From Sediminibacterium sp. (GTDB taxonomy: Bacteria; Bacteroidota; Bacteroidia; Chitinophagales; Chitinophagaceae): a stretch of 61,331 nt of DNA. The stretch lies in contig JBILQZ010000001.1 in NCBI GenBank assembly GCA_044372935.1, positions 1 to 61,331 on the forward strand. The letters are read 5' to 3'. Each line of letters opens with the position of its first letter. The first letter of the stretch is position 1. Of the stretch, positions 41,076 to 50,919 are shown in pieces. The notes beneath the pieces are model-generated. The model saw only the letters and a list, made by a program, of their open reading frames with translations, had not been told where the DNA came from and made no database searches. The position numbers and the translations under genes were made by a program.

Positions 41076-41879
41076 ATGCATTTCGATTGGAAAGCTTATT
41101 TCATTTTCACCGACAAAGAACAGAAAGGGATTATAGTGCTAGGATGTATTTTGTCCTGCAGTTTATTGTTGCATTATTTGCTTCCATCCAATGCAGGCTC
41201 TAATTCAACAGTGGATCAAAAAGCAGGAACAGTGAAGGCCTTATTTTATTTTGATCCCAATGTATTGGATACGAATCAGGGTATACGTTTAGGACTAACC
41301 ACAAAACAAATGCGTATTCTATATAATTATAGAGCAAAAGGAGGACGCTTTTACAAAAAAGAAGATTTATTAAAATGGTATAGCTTATCTAAAGCGCAGG
41401 CAACTCAATTGATGCCCTGGTTCCGAATTCAATCAAATAGCACAGTGCACAACAAAAAATTTAAGACAGCTCAAATACAAAAAATGGATATCAATCATCC
41501 AGGTTTTGATGCATGGAAAAACAGCACAGGCTTGCCTGATTATAAAATAAAAAGAATTCTAGCCTATCAAAAATGGTCCGGAGGCTTTACGAGTTTACAA
41601 GGTCTACAAAAAGTGCATGGATTGACTGCTTATGATTATGAGATGATTCGGCCCTATCTTACATACCAACCAAAAATCAATGCAAGTAGGACTTACCAAA
41701 CCATGCGTTTTGAGGACTGGATGGCATTGGGCATCTTTGATGAAAAAACAGTTTGGGCAATCTTGAAACGTAAAAAAAGCCAAGGGGGTAAGCTGACTTG
41801 GTCGGAAATGGTGGTACTGTTTGACCTTACAGAACAGGAGGGATTGGTACTTAAAAAAAGAACCAATCTAAGTAATTGA
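41076..41879 (+). CDS. Membrane-anchored ComEA-like helix-hairpin-helix protein (divergent)
   Basis: N-terminal TM, FDPN, NYRAKGGRF, DIN...GGF...VHGL repeats. Confidence 0.65.
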   Translation: MHFDWKAYFIFTDKEQKGIIVLGCILSCSLLLHYLLPSNAGSNSTVDQKAGTVKALFYFDPNVLDTNQGIRLGLTTKQMRILYNYRAKGGRFYKKEDLLKWYSLSKAQATQLMPWFRIQSNSTVHNKKFKTAQIQKMDINHPGFDAWKNSTGLPDYKIKRILAYQKWSGGFTSLQGLQKVHGLTAYDYEMIRPYLTYQPKINASRTYQTMRFEDWMALGIFDEKTVWAILKRKKSQGGKLTWSEMVVLFDLTEQEGLVLKKRTNLSN

Positions 41880-41969
41880 AATACAATTAAATAGATTGGT
41901 CAATCAGGTAAGGGCAAAAAAATGATTCAAAAATGAAGCGATATTAAAATAAAATCCTAAGTTTAGAAA

Positions 41970-42032
41970 AGGATTTAATCCTGAATATCGATTGCTTGCT
42001 TAAGAGGCTCCTTTCAAAAGGGGCCTTTTTTT
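41970..42032 (+). ncRNA. Candidate small RNA
   Basis: TAAGTTTA box at 41958-41965, 5' hairpin AGGA-TTTAA-TCCT, unpaired middle, + strand terminator. Confidence 0.3.
42003..42032 (+). terminator. Intrinsic terminator
   Basis: AGGCTCCTT-TCAA-AAGGGGCCT followed by a T run. Confidence 0.8.
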
Positions 42033-42037
42033 ATGCC

Positions 42038-42184
42038 TTATTTATGTTTGAAGATTTGATTTACTGCGCCACCTAACATTGGGAATTTTTCTTTCACAAA
42101 TGCAGCAATCGTTTCGATAGATTGTTTTGCTTGCTCTGGTGTTACGCCTGCTTCTTTTACTAGACGGTCAATTAATTCTTGCAT
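42038..42184 (-). CDS. Small 48 aa helical protein (below the ORF-track cutoff)
   Basis: Manual translation MQELIDRLVKEAGVTPEQAKQSIETIAAFVKEKFPMLGGAVNQIFKHK*; A-rich region before the ATG; 33 nt after the clpX stop. Confidence 0.8.
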   Translation of the reverse strand: MQELIDRLVKEAGVTPEQAKQSIETIAAFVKEKFPMLGGAVNQIFKHK

Positions 42185-42217
42185 AGTTTTATTTTTATAA
42201 GTTAAAGATTGGTTTCG

Positions 42218-43459
42218 TTAAGCCACTTTAAGGCTGTTTATTTTACTTTTATCAAACATGTCTTTTGCGTAGTCTAAAGTCACGTTGAATGTCTTGGTGT
42301 CTGTGCCCGGAAGCTCATACATAGCTTGAGTGAATAAGCTTTCACAAATGCTTCTTAATCCTCTTGCGCCTAATTTGTATTCCATCGCTTTTGCAGTAAT
42401 GAAATCATATACTGCTGGGTCAATAGTTAACTTGATATCTTCGATAGCAAACAATTGAGTGTATTGTTTGATAAGGGCATTTTTTGGTTCAGTTAAGATG
42501 TTTCTTAAGGTTTCAGCGTCTAAAGGCTCTAGGTGGGTTACGATTGGTAAACGACCTAGCATCTCCGGAATTAAACCAAATGTTTTTATGTCTTGTGCAT
42601 TGACAAAGCGCAATAAGTTTTTACGTTGTAATTCTTGCTCGTCTTTATTAACACTAAATCCAATGGCATTGGTATTGATTCTTCTAGCAATGATTTTATC
42701 AATACCATCGAATGCACCTCCACAAATGAATAAAATATTTTTAGTATCTACTTTGATCATTTTTTGATCTGGATGCTTACGACCTCCTTGTGGTGGTACC
42801 AAAACTTCGGTGCCTTCGAGCATTTTTAATAAGCCTTGTTGTACCCCTTCGCCACTTACATCACGCGTAATAGAGGCATTATCACTTTTACGTGCGATCT
42901 TATCAATCTCGTCAATATATACAATGCCTCTTTGAGCAGCATCCACATCATAATCACAGTTCTGTAATAGACGCGTCAACATGCTTTCTACATCTTCTCC
43001 CACATAGCCTGCTTCTGTAAATACTGTAGCATCTACAATGGCAAAAGGCACATTCAATAATTTAGCAATGGTTTTAGCCAATAAGGTTTTACCAGTTCCT
43101 GTTTCCCCAATCATGATTACGTTGCTCTTTTCGATTTCAACTTCATTTTGATTGGTGCTCGGAAGATTGATGCGTTTAAAGTGGTTGTACACAGCAACAC
43201 ATAAAATCTTTTTCGCTTCTTCTTGGCCAATGATATATTGGTCCAAAAACGCTTTGATAGCTGTGGGCTTTTGAATTTTAAGGGTACCTGCTTTACCGGC
43301 TTCCTTTTTTTGGTGAAATTCTTTGTCTACAATTTCATGAGCATGTTCTATACAGTGCTCGCAAATATGACCTTCCTGTCCAGCAATCAGCATCTTCACT
43401 TCTTCTCTGCTTCGGCCACAAAAAGAACAATGTATATTTTCTGTCTTACTCATTTTCAT
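42218..43459 (-). CDS. clpX: ATP-dependent Clp protease ATPase ClpX
   Basis: CSFCG zinc domain, [22 protein letters not shown] loop, IGF loop. Confidence 0.98.
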   Translation of the reverse strand: MKMSKTENIHCSFCGRSREEVKMLIAGQEGHICEHCIEHAHEIVDKEFHQKKEAGKAGTLKIQKPTAIKAFLDQYIIGQEEAKKILCVAVYNHFKRINLPSTNQNEVEIEKSNVIMIGETGTGKTLLAKTIAKLLNVPFAIVDATVFTEAGYVGEDVESMLTRLLQNCDYDVDAAQRGIVYIDEIDKIARKSDNASITRDVSGEGVQQGLLKMLEGTEVLVPPQGGRKHPDQKMIKVDTKNILFICGGAFDGIDKIIARRINTNAIGFSVNKDEQELQRKNLLRFVNAQDIKTFGLIPEMLGRLPIVTHLEPLDAETLRNILTEPKNALIKQYTQLFAIEDIKLTIDPAVYDFITAKAMEYKLGARGLRSICESLFTQAMYELPGTDTKTFNVTLDYAKDMFDKSKINSLKVA

Positions 43460-43470
43460 TGATTCCTTAT

Positions 43471-44094
43471 TTATAAACTCTTTGCAATTTTATCTACGAT
43501 ACCATATTCCACCGCTTCTTTCGCATTCATCCAATAGTCTCTATCAAAGTCAGCCATGATTTGTTCCATTGTCTTGTTACAGTTCTTCGCTAAAATTTGT
43601 GCACCTAATTCTTTTGTCTTTCTAATTTGTTCTGCTTGAATTTCGATATCGGCACTGGTCGCTTGAAAATAACCTCCTAAGCTTGGTTGGTGAATCATTA
43701 CTTCGCCATGCGGGAAGATGGTACGTTTACCTTTCTCGCCCATACTTAATAAAATAGAACCCATACTTGCCGCTAAGCCCATACAGATAGTATGCACAGG
43801 GCTCTTAATCAAATTCATGGTATCAAACATCACCATACCACTTGTTACCACACCACCTGGGCTATTGATGTAAAAGTTAATTTCAGCACCCGGCTTATCT
43901 GCATCTAATAATAATAACTTAGTTACAATATCTTTCGCAGACTTATCATCTACTACACCCCATAAATAGATCGCTCTTTTTTCGAAAAATATTTGCTCCA
44001 TTTTTCTATTCAAAAACGAAGGTGCATTGTCTTCTTTTTTATCTCCTCTTGGTTCTTCCTCTTCTTCCATTAAAAAACGATTCGTAAGTATCAT
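43471..44094 (-). CDS. clpP: Clp protease proteolytic subunit (second paralog)
   Basis: YINSPGG, GLAASMG, MIHQP, RDYWM. Confidence 0.95.
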   Translation of the reverse strand: MILTNRFLMEEEEEPRGDKKEDNAPSFLNRKMEQIFFEKRAIYLWGVVDDKSAKDIVTKLLLLDADKPGAEINFYINSPGGVVTSGMVMFDTMNLIKSPVHTICMGLAASMGSILLSMGEKGKRTIFPHGEVMIHQPSLGGYFQATSADIEIQAEQIRKTKELGAQILAKNCNKTMEQIMADFDRDYWMNAKEAVEYGIVDKIAKSL

Positions 44095-44122
44095 ATAAAC
44101 AGTTTAAATTAAATGTTGGTTA

Positions 44123-44809
44123 TTATTTCTTTACTTTTCTTGGGTTGGTCAATAAAACTTCATCCACCAATCCATAAGCTTTACCTTCTGCAGCGGTCAT
44201 CCAGAAGTCTCTATCACAGTCCTTCGCCACTAACTCAACCTCCTTATGGGTATGTGTTGCAATGACTTCGTATAATTCGTGTTTCAATTTCTTGATTTCT
44301 CTTGCTGTAATTTCAATATCAGATGCTTGACCTCCGATCGCACCGCTTGGTTGGTGCAACATGATTCTGCTATGTCTTAATGCCGTTCTTTTACCTTCTA
44401 CACCTGCACATAATAAAATCGCACCCATACTTGCTGCCATTCCAGTACAAATAGTGGCTACATCAGGGCTAATAAATTGCATGGTATCATAAATGCCTAA
44501 TCCTGCATAGACGCTACCACCTGGGCTATTGATATACATTTGAATATCCTTGGTACGATCTGTACTTTCTAAGAAAAGCAATTGAGCTGTAACGATATTC
44601 GCTACATAATCATTGATGCCTTCACCCAAGAAAATAATTCTGTCCATCATTAAACGGCTAAACACGTCCATGCTCGCCACATTCATGGGTCTTTCTTCAA
44701 TAATATAGGGTGTCAGGTTGGTGACACTATTTTGGTATTGGTGAAGACTATTACTTCCGATCCCTCTGTGTTTGATCGCGTATTTTTCAAATTCTTTTCC
44801 TATGTTCAT
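44123..44809 (-). CDS. clpP: Clp protease proteolytic subunit
   Basis: TPYIIEER, DVFSRLMMDRIIFL, GMAASMG, MLHQP, RDFWM. Confidence 0.97.
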   Translation of the reverse strand: MNIGKEFEKYAIKHRGIGSNSLHQYQNSVTNLTPYIIEERPMNVASMDVFSRLMMDRIIFLGEGINDYVANIVTAQLLFLESTDRTKDIQMYINSPGGSVYAGLGIYDTMQFISPDVATICTGMAASMGAILLCAGVEGKRTALRHSRIMLHQPSGAIGGQASDIEITAREIKKLKHELYEVIATHTHKEVELVAKDCDRDFWMTAAEGKAYGLVDEVLLTNPRKVKK

Positions 44810-44942
44810 AATTGCTTTTTTCTGTTCGTAAAGGTAAAACCTATTCTCCTAAGCTATTGCAAAAAGGGTGCCAAATTTGCCTTAAAAGACAAGTAAAATG
44901 GGGGATAGGAGGGCTCCCCGCGATTTAAATAGGTTTTTCAAT

Positions 44943-44971
44943 AAAAAAGCCCCGCGGAATACGGGGCTTTT
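44943..44971 (-). terminator. Terminator after tig
   Basis: + strand reads AAAAAAGCCCCG-CGGAATA-CGGGGCTTTT. Confidence 0.8.
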
Positions 44972-44999
44972 GTTAACTTATTAAAAGTAGTCTGTTTGA

Positions 45000-46361
45000 T
45001 TAGTGCTTGTGGCTATTCAATAAATCGGCAAATTTCTCTGCAGCGATTGGCTCTTCTTTGGCAGTTACTTCTGCTTCTAAAGCATTGAATAATTTATCCG
45101 TGCTAATTCTGTGGTAGCTATCTTCTACAAACTTTCTGTCTTGCATCATACGTGCTGCATAATCTTCTAACCACTGGTCGTTGTCGCCCAATGCGCCTAA
45201 TTGACCGCCCATGTAGCTCATCAATTGTTGCTTTGCAAAATTCTTTAAGTCGTCTGCAACCACTTCCAATTTATAGTCACCAATTAATTGCGTGCTAATC
45301 ACGGTCCATTTTAATTGGTCTTGGAATACTGGATATTCTTTTTCTGCTTCTTCTTCGGTTCTTTGTTTTTCACCGCCTTTTTGCAACCAACGCTTTAAGA
45401 ATGCAACTGGGAAGTCCATCTTCGTATGTTCGATCAAGCTATGGTAAATTTGATCGTGTACTTGATTTTTAGCTTGTTGCTCGTAATAACCTTCTATATC
45501 TTTCTTTACAGCCGCTTTGAATTCCGCTTCGTTGGTGATGGCTTGGTTTGGATAAGTCACTGTAAACAAAGTCTCGTCTAATGGCGCTTTCTCTACTAAG
45601 CCAACTTTAGTGATTACTAATTTGAAAAACTTATCTGCGTCTTCTTTTGTCAATGCTAAGTCGTTCAAAATGATATCCAATTCTTTCTCTTCAAAAGCTT
45701 TCTTCAACTGCAATACAACTGTATCGTCGTTCTTTTTGCCAATGAATGATTTTCTTTGTTTTTCGCTAAAGTATTTGATCAATAAAGAATTATCTTTTCT
45801 GATACCACCTTCTACTTCATTCCCTTCTTTATCAGACTCGATGAAAGTTACATTCAACACATTGTCTTCGCTCGTAGCTGCTTCTGGCTCAGTCATGTTG
45901 CCATTTCTGATTTGCAAACGCTCTACTTCGTTTTGAATCATTTCGTCCGTTACTTGAATTTTATATCTTTTAACTTTGATGTCTTTTGCTTTGATTTCAA
46001 AGCTTGGCTTTAAACCAATTTCAAAAGAAAAATCATAGTCAGTTGGATTGTTTTGATCCATAGTAGCGAATGCAGTTTCCAATGGAAGTGGTTGTGCAAA
46101 GATGTCAATCTTCTCTTTCGCGATATATTGGTTCATCTCGTTTTCAACTGTCTTTAAAATCACATCAGTGAAAACAGATTGTCCGTACATTTTTTTGATC
46201 ATCCCAGCAGGTACCATTCCTTTTCTGAATCCAGGAATATTAGCCGTTTTGGCATGCTTTTTTAAACTTGTCTCGTAAGCAGTAAAATAATCTGCTTTAG
46301 AAATCGTCACCGTTAACTGATCATTTAAGGGTGCAATGTTGGTTCTTTTTATGGTTGCCAT
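45000..46361 (-). CDS. tig: Trigger factor
   Basis: IPGFRKGMVP ribosome-binding motif; upstream of clpP-clpX. Confidence 0.95.
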   Translation of the reverse strand: MATIKRTNIAPLNDQLTVTISKADYFTAYETSLKKHAKTANIPGFRKGMVPAGMIKKMYGQSVFTDVILKTVENEMNQYIAKEKIDIFAQPLPLETAFATMDQNNPTDYDFSFEIGLKPSFEIKAKDIKVKRYKIQVTDEMIQNEVERLQIRNGNMTEPEAATSEDNVLNVTFIESDKEGNEVEGGIRKDNSLLIKYFSEKQRKSFIGKKNDDTVVLQLKKAFEEKELDIILNDLALTKEDADKFFKLVITKVGLVEKAPLDETLFTVTYPNQAITNEAEFKAAVKKDIEGYYEQQAKNQVHDQIYHSLIEHTKMDFPVAFLKRWLQKGGEKQRTEEEAEKEYPVFQDQLKWTVISTQLIGDYKLEVVADDLKNFAKQQLMSYMGGQLGALGDNDQWLEDYAARMMQDRKFVEDSYHRISTDKLFNALEAEVTAKEEPIAAEKFADLLNSHKH

Positions 46362-46411
46362 AAGTGTATTTTTACTACTTAATTGTATGGTTTAAGGGGG
46401 GCAAAGGTAAT

Positions 46412-46439
46412 AAAAAAGGCCTCAAATGAGGCCTTTTTT
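46412..46439 (-). terminator. Terminator after tRNA-Leu
   Basis: AAAAAAGGCCTCA-AA-TGAGGCCTTTTTT. Confidence 0.85.
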
Positions 46440-46451
46440 ATATAAAATCTG

Positions 46452-46533
46452 TGCGGATGGAGGGGGTCGAACCCACACGCCTCGCGGCGCTAGATCCTAA
46501 GTCTAGTGCGTCTGCCAATTTCGCCACATCCGC
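46452..46533 (-). tRNA. tRNA-Leu(TAG)
   Basis: Reverse complement GCGGATGTGGCGAAATTGGCAGACGCACTAGACTTAGGATCTAGCGCCGCGAGGCGTGTGGGTTCGACCCCCTCCATCCGCA; anticodon TAG, long variable arm, CCA not encoded. Confidence 0.97.
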
Positions 46534-46562
46534 TTAGGGGCTGCAAACTTAAATGATTATTT

Positions 46563-47039
46563 TTAAAATTGGTCTAAGAACCCGACAATTTCCTCCAAAT
46601 ACTGTTGGTCAATGGTATCAAAATGAGCCAATTCGGTACTATCTACATCTAAAACACCAACTATTTGACCATTTTGAAAAACGGGAATGACAATTTCAGA
46701 TCTTGAAGCACTGCTGCAAGCAATATGACCAGGAAATTTTTCTACATCGTCAACGATTAAGGTCATGCCTTTCTCCCAAGTGGTTCCACAAACGCCACGT
46801 CCTTTTTTAATGCGCGTACAAGCCACTGGTCCTTGAAATGGCGCTAATACCAATTCTTCGCCTTCTACCCAATAAAATCCCACCCATAACCAATTGAATT
46901 GTTCTTTGAGTGCCGCAGCAATATTGCCTAAGTTGGCGATTAAATTAGGCTCTCCTGTCATTAAACCTTTGATCTGTGGAATCAAAGATTCGTATTGTTC
47001 TTTTTTAGTGCCCTGATGCAGGGTTAAATCTTCTGCCAT
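46563..47039 (-). CDS. msrC: GAF-domain free methionine-(R)-sulfoxide reductase
   Basis: WVGFY, PFQGPVAC, GRGVCG, FPGHIAC, SEIVIP, VLDVDS. Confidence 0.88.
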   Translation of the reverse strand: MAEDLTLHQGTKKEQYESLIPQIKGLMTGEPNLIANLGNIAAALKEQFNWLWVGFYWVEGEELVLAPFQGPVACTRIKKGRGVCGTTWEKGMTLIVDDVEKFPGHIACSSASRSEIVIPVFQNGQIVGVLDVDSTELAHFDTIDQQYLEEIVGFLDQF

Positions 47040-48529
47040 TAGTTTGATTTTCTAAAGATGGATTGCAGTTCTTTTCTTTCCACACGTAACACGAAAAAGA
47101 TAAATGCGAAAAGTAAAATGGTAGCAAATAAATAATTGAAAGGTTGATTGTCAGAAACCAAATGTAGCAAAGTATTGATGCCATAAACAATTAAGGCAAT
47201 GATAAAGTAAGCAATTAGTTTCTTGGTCGCATAAGGTACAGGGTAAACGCGTTGGCCCCATTGATAACTCACCACCATCATGGTACCATAACAAAAGAAG
47301 GTAGCCCAAGCACTTGCCATATAACCAAAATGAGGAATAGCGATATAATTAATCAGGACGGTAATAAGTGCACCTAATAAAGTAATCCATGCACCTGCCA
47401 TGGTTTTATTGCTAAGCTTATACCAAATACTCAAGTTATAATACACCCCTAAAAACATATTGGCAATTAATAAAATAGGCACCACACGTAAGCCAACATA
47501 CATTGCAGGATTTTGAATAAATAATTTCCAAATGTCAATGTACAAGACCACACCTAAAAACATCACGCATAAAGTAATCACAAAAAACTTCATCACCCTT
47601 GCATAGGTTTTTTGAGCTTGATCTGATTCAGCTTGTTTAAAGAAAAATGGTTCAGCACCCATGCGGAAAGCCTGAATAGAAATGGTAATCAATATCGCTA
47701 ATTTATAACAAGCGCTATAGACACCTACTAATGCCTTATTGGCTTCTGGACTGCCTCCTGGGGCCCACCATCCAAGCATGATGCGGTCTAATGTTTCGTT
47801 GATCATCCCTCCAAAACCAACTAGGATCAATGGTAATGCGTACACCATCATTGACCACCAAAGTTTAAAATTGAATTTGAACCGAATGGATCTAATTTCT
47901 TTTTGTAATAAAATCAGTACAAATACATTTTGAACAATTCCTGCTATTAAAATATAACCTACTTCCCAATTAGGGGTATAGAGGGAAGCTAAAAAACTAC
48001 TTGGATTGTTTTGAACATATTGCGGTAGACTGCTTATTAAAAGGTAAGTGGCAAGTATATTAATAAGGATGCCACCCACTTTAATCAAAGCAAATTTTTT
48101 GGGACGACCTTGCAACCTTAATCTTGAAAAAGGAATCGTAGTGATGGCATCCAAGGCCACAATCCATGCTAATAAACTAATGTATTCTGCATGTAAATTA
48201 ATTTGCAATAAGTTGGCCAACGGGATCTGCCAAGTGAACAAGCCAACTAGTACTAGGGCTGTTACAAAAAACATGGAGAGGCTACTTGTATTAAATATTT
48301 CCTCCTCATTTTCTTTGGTTCCAAACCTGAAATAGGCCGTTTCCATACCATGCGTTACCAACACATTTAAAAAAGGGATAAAGGCATAGACAATCGAATT
48401 TTCACCATAAGCAATATCAGAAAGCTTATAGGTTAAATAGGGGGTAAGCAAATAGCTAATAAACCTAGCGGCTATTGAACTAAGTCCGTACCATGCGGTC
48501 TGACTGGCTAATTTTTTAATACTACTCAA
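47039..48529 (-). CDS. MOP-superfamily polysaccharide/oligosaccharide flippase
   Basis: YGLSSI, GMETAYFRF, INETLDR, AEPFFF; many TM helices; TTG start. Confidence 0.85.
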   Translation of the reverse strand: MSSIKKLASQTAWYGLSSIAARFISYLLTPYLTYKLSDIAYGENSIVYAFIPFLNVLVTHGMETAYFRFGTKENEEEIFNTSSLSMFFVTALVLVGLFTWQIPLANLLQINLHAEYISLLAWIVALDAITTIPFSRLRLQGRPKKFALIKVGGILINILATYLLISSLPQYVQNNPSSFLASLYTPNWEVGYILIAGIVQNVFVLILLQKEIRSIRFKFNFKLWWSMMVYALPLILVGFGGMINETLDRIMLGWWAPGGSPEANKALVGVYSACYKLAILITISIQAFRMGAEPFFFKQAESDQAQKTYARVMKFFVITLCVMFLGVVLYIDIWKLFIQNPAMYVGLRVVPILLIANMFLGVYYNLSIWYKLSNKTMAGAWITLLGALITVLINYIAIPHFGYMASAWATFFCYGTMMVVSYQWGQRVYPVPYATKKLIAYFIIALIVYGINTLLHLVSDNQPFNYLFATILLFAFIFFVLRVERKELQSIFRKSN

Positions 48530-48597
48530 GGCGTTGAAATTACAGCTAAATTAGTGAAAATAGTTTTGTTTATCTTCATGCTGTAAATAGCTTCCCT

Positions 48598-49050
48598 ATG
48601 AGAGTCATTATCCAAAGAGTTACCGCAGCCAGTGTCACGGTAGAGGGACAGGTGAAAGGAGCCATCCAAGCGGGTTTGATGGTGCTTTTGGGGATTCAAA
48701 ATGAAGATACCCAAGAGGATATTCAATGGATCGCCACCAAACTGGTCCAACTTCGCATTTTTGATGACGCAGAAGGCGTTATGAATTTGAGTGTCAAAGA
48801 CATCGGAGGATCTATCTTATTGATTAGTCAGTTTACATTGTATGCCGCTACTAAAAAAGGCAATCGACCTTCCTATATTGCTGCTGCGAAGCCAGAGGTA
48901 GCGATACCTATTTACGAAGCGATGATTCAACAATTAAACCAGGAATTAGGAACACCAATTGCGACAGGGGTATTCGGTGCAGACATGCAAGTCACATTGA
49001 CCAATAATGGTCCAGTCACCATTTTTATTGATTCAAAAAATAGGGAATAA
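48598..49050 (+). CDS. dtd: D-aminoacyl-tRNA deacylase
   Basis: MRVIIQRV, SQFTL, GNRPS, FGADM, NGPVT. Confidence 0.97.
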   Translation: MRVIIQRVTAASVTVEGQVKGAIQAGLMVLLGIQNEDTQEDIQWIATKLVQLRIFDDAEGVMNLSVKDIGGSILLISQFTLYAATKKGNRPSYIAAAKPEVAIPIYEAMIQQLNQELGTPIATGVFGADMQVTLTNNGPVTIFIDSKNRE

Positions 49051-49051
49051 T

Positions 49052-49393
49052 ATGTCAAAGGAGATCAGTATCAAAACAGCACAGGAACAAGTAGACCAGT
49101 GGATTAAAACCATTGGTGTAAAATATTTTAGTGAGTTAACCAACCTCGGTGTATTGATGGAAGAAGTAGGAGAATTGTCTAGGCTGATGGTGCGTCAATA
49201 CGGTGATCAATCCTTTAAAAATAAAGAGGGACAAGCAGATTTAGGCGACGAGATGGCTGATGTTTTATTTGTGTTAATTTGTTTGGCGAATCAAACAGGG
49301 GTGGATTTAACGGCTGCTTTTGAGCAAAATCTCCAAAAGAAAACCAACAGAGACAAGGAAAGACATCAAAACAACGAAAAATTACAACCATAA
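49052..49393 (+). CDS. MazG-like nucleotide pyrophosphohydrolase (YpjD-like)
   Basis: LMEEVGEL, DEMADVLFVLICLAN. Confidence 0.9.
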   Translation: MSKEISIKTAQEQVDQWIKTIGVKYFSELTNLGVLMEEVGELSRLMVRQYGDQSFKNKEGQADLGDEMADVLFVLICLANQTGVDLTAAFEQNLQKKTNRDKERHQNNEKLQP

Positions 49394-49420
49394 TCTTTTC
49401 TAGACCTATATTTGCAAACT

Positions 49421-50869
49421 ATGAGCAAGACAGTTACAGATAATACATTACAAGCGATTATTTCGCATGCCAAAGAATACGGATTTGTGTTTCCTAGTAG
49501 TGAAATCTATGATGGATTAAGTGCAGTATACGATTACGGTCCTTATGGCGCGCAACTGAAAAAAAATATCCGTGACTATTGGTGGAGTAGTATGACGCAG
49601 ATGAATGATAATATTGTAGGTATTGACGCCGCAATTTTCATGCATCCAACTACCTGGAAGGCGAGTGGTCATGTGGACAGTTTTAGCGATCCATTGATTG
49701 ACAATAAGGATAGTAAAAAAAGATACCGTGTAGATCATTTGATCGAAGCACATGCGGATAAGTTGATTGAAAAAGGAGACCAAGCAGCGGCAGATAAATT
49801 ATTAGCTGACATGGATGCTTTATTGGCAAAGGATGATTTTGCAGGTTTAGGGGAATTGATCCAGGCAAACAAAATTCAATGTAGTGTTAGTGGAACAAGC
49901 AACTGGACAGAGATCCGTCAATTTAATTTAATGTTCTCTACAGAATTAGGTTCTGTTGCAGAAGATGCGAATACCATTTATTTAAGACCAGAGACGGCAC
50001 AAGGTATTTTTGTGAACTTCTTGAATGTTCAAAAAACAGCAAGAATGAAAATTCCTTTTGGTATTGCACAAACAGGAAAGGCTTTTAGGAATGAGATTGT
50101 AGCGCGTCAGTTTATATTTAGAATGCGCGAGTTTGAACAAATGGAAATGCAGTTTTTTGTGAAGCCAGGCACTCAAAAAGAGTGGTATGAGTATTGGAAA
50201 AATGAACGCATGAAATGGCATTTAAGCTTAGGCATTAAAGCGGATAAGTATCGTTTTCATGACCATATTAAATTAGCGCATTACGCAGATGCGGCATTGG
50301 ATATTGAATACGAATTCCCATTTGGATTTAAAGAAGTAGAAGGAGTTCATTCTAGAACAGATTTCGATTTGTCTCGTCACCAGGAGTTTAGTAAAAAGAA
50401 ATTACAGTATTTTGATACAGAGATCAATCAGCATTATGTGCCTTATGTGATTGAAACCTCTATTGGATTAGATAGAATGTTCTTATTGATTTTATCTAAT
50501 TCCTACGAAGAGGAAGTAATCAATAAAGAAGATGGTACCACAGATTCAAGAGTGGTATTGCATTTGCCTACAAAATTAGCGCCATTGAAATTGGCCGTAT
50601 TGCCTTTGACTAAAAAAGATGGCTTGCCTGAATTAGCAAAAGCGTTAATGGATGAGTGTAAGCCTTCTTTCCATTGCTTCTATGAAGAAAAAGATGCGAT
50701 TGGAAAACGATATAGAAGACAGGATGCCATTGGTACTCCTTTCTGTGTAACGATTGACCATCAGACAAAAGAAGACAATACCGTGACCATTCGTTATAGA
50801 GATAGTATGCAACAAGAAAGAATCCCAATGAGCGAAGTCAAAGCATTGGTATTAAAGCATATTGCTTAA
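49421..50869 (+). CDS. glyQS: Glycine--tRNA ligase, homodimeric type
   Basis: SSEIYDG, WKASGH, LRPETAQGIF, FRMREFEQME, IGKRYRRQDAIGTP. Confidence 0.97.
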   Translation: MSKTVTDNTLQAIISHAKEYGFVFPSSEIYDGLSAVYDYGPYGAQLKKNIRDYWWSSMTQMNDNIVGIDAAIFMHPTTWKASGHVDSFSDPLIDNKDSKKRYRVDHLIEAHADKLIEKGDQAAADKLLADMDALLAKDDFAGLGELIQANKIQCSVSGTSNWTEIRQFNLMFSTELGSVAEDANTIYLRPETAQGIFVNFLNVQKTARMKIPFGIAQTGKAFRNEIVARQFIFRMREFEQMEMQFFVKPGTQKEWYEYWKNERMKWHLSLGIKADKYRFHDHIKLAHYADAALDIEYEFPFGFKEVEGVHSRTDFDLSRHQEFSKKKLQYFDTEINQHYVPYVIETSIGLDRMFLLILSNSYEEEVINKEDGTTDSRVVLHLPTKLAPLKLAVLPLTKKDGLPELAKALMDECKPSFHCFYEEKDAIGKRYRRQDAIGTPFCVTIDHQTKEDNTVTIRYRDSMQQERIPMSEVKALVLKHIA

Positions 50870-50887
50870 ATTTCTTCTTGTTCAAAT

Positions 50888-50919
50888 AAAAAAGCGCTCC
50901 AATTGGAGCGCTTTTTTTT
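50888..50919. terminator. Bidirectional terminator
   Basis: AAAAAAGCGCTCC-AATT-GGAGCGCTTTTTTT. Confidence 0.9.

Noticed and set aside
46412-46560. tRNA-Leu as a possible integration site
   Set aside because: No integrase, no duplicated tRNA 3' end seen, and housekeeping genes on both sides.
48526-48750. 74 aa minus-strand ORF across the flippase/dtd junction
   Set aside because: Mostly antisense to dtd; no motifs or other support.
28098-50919. Similar A6-GC stem-T6 palindromes at 28098, 44943, 46412 and 50888 as a repeat family or CRISPR
   Set aside because: Stem sequences differ, they are not arrayed, and each sits at a gene end: ordinary intrinsic terminators.
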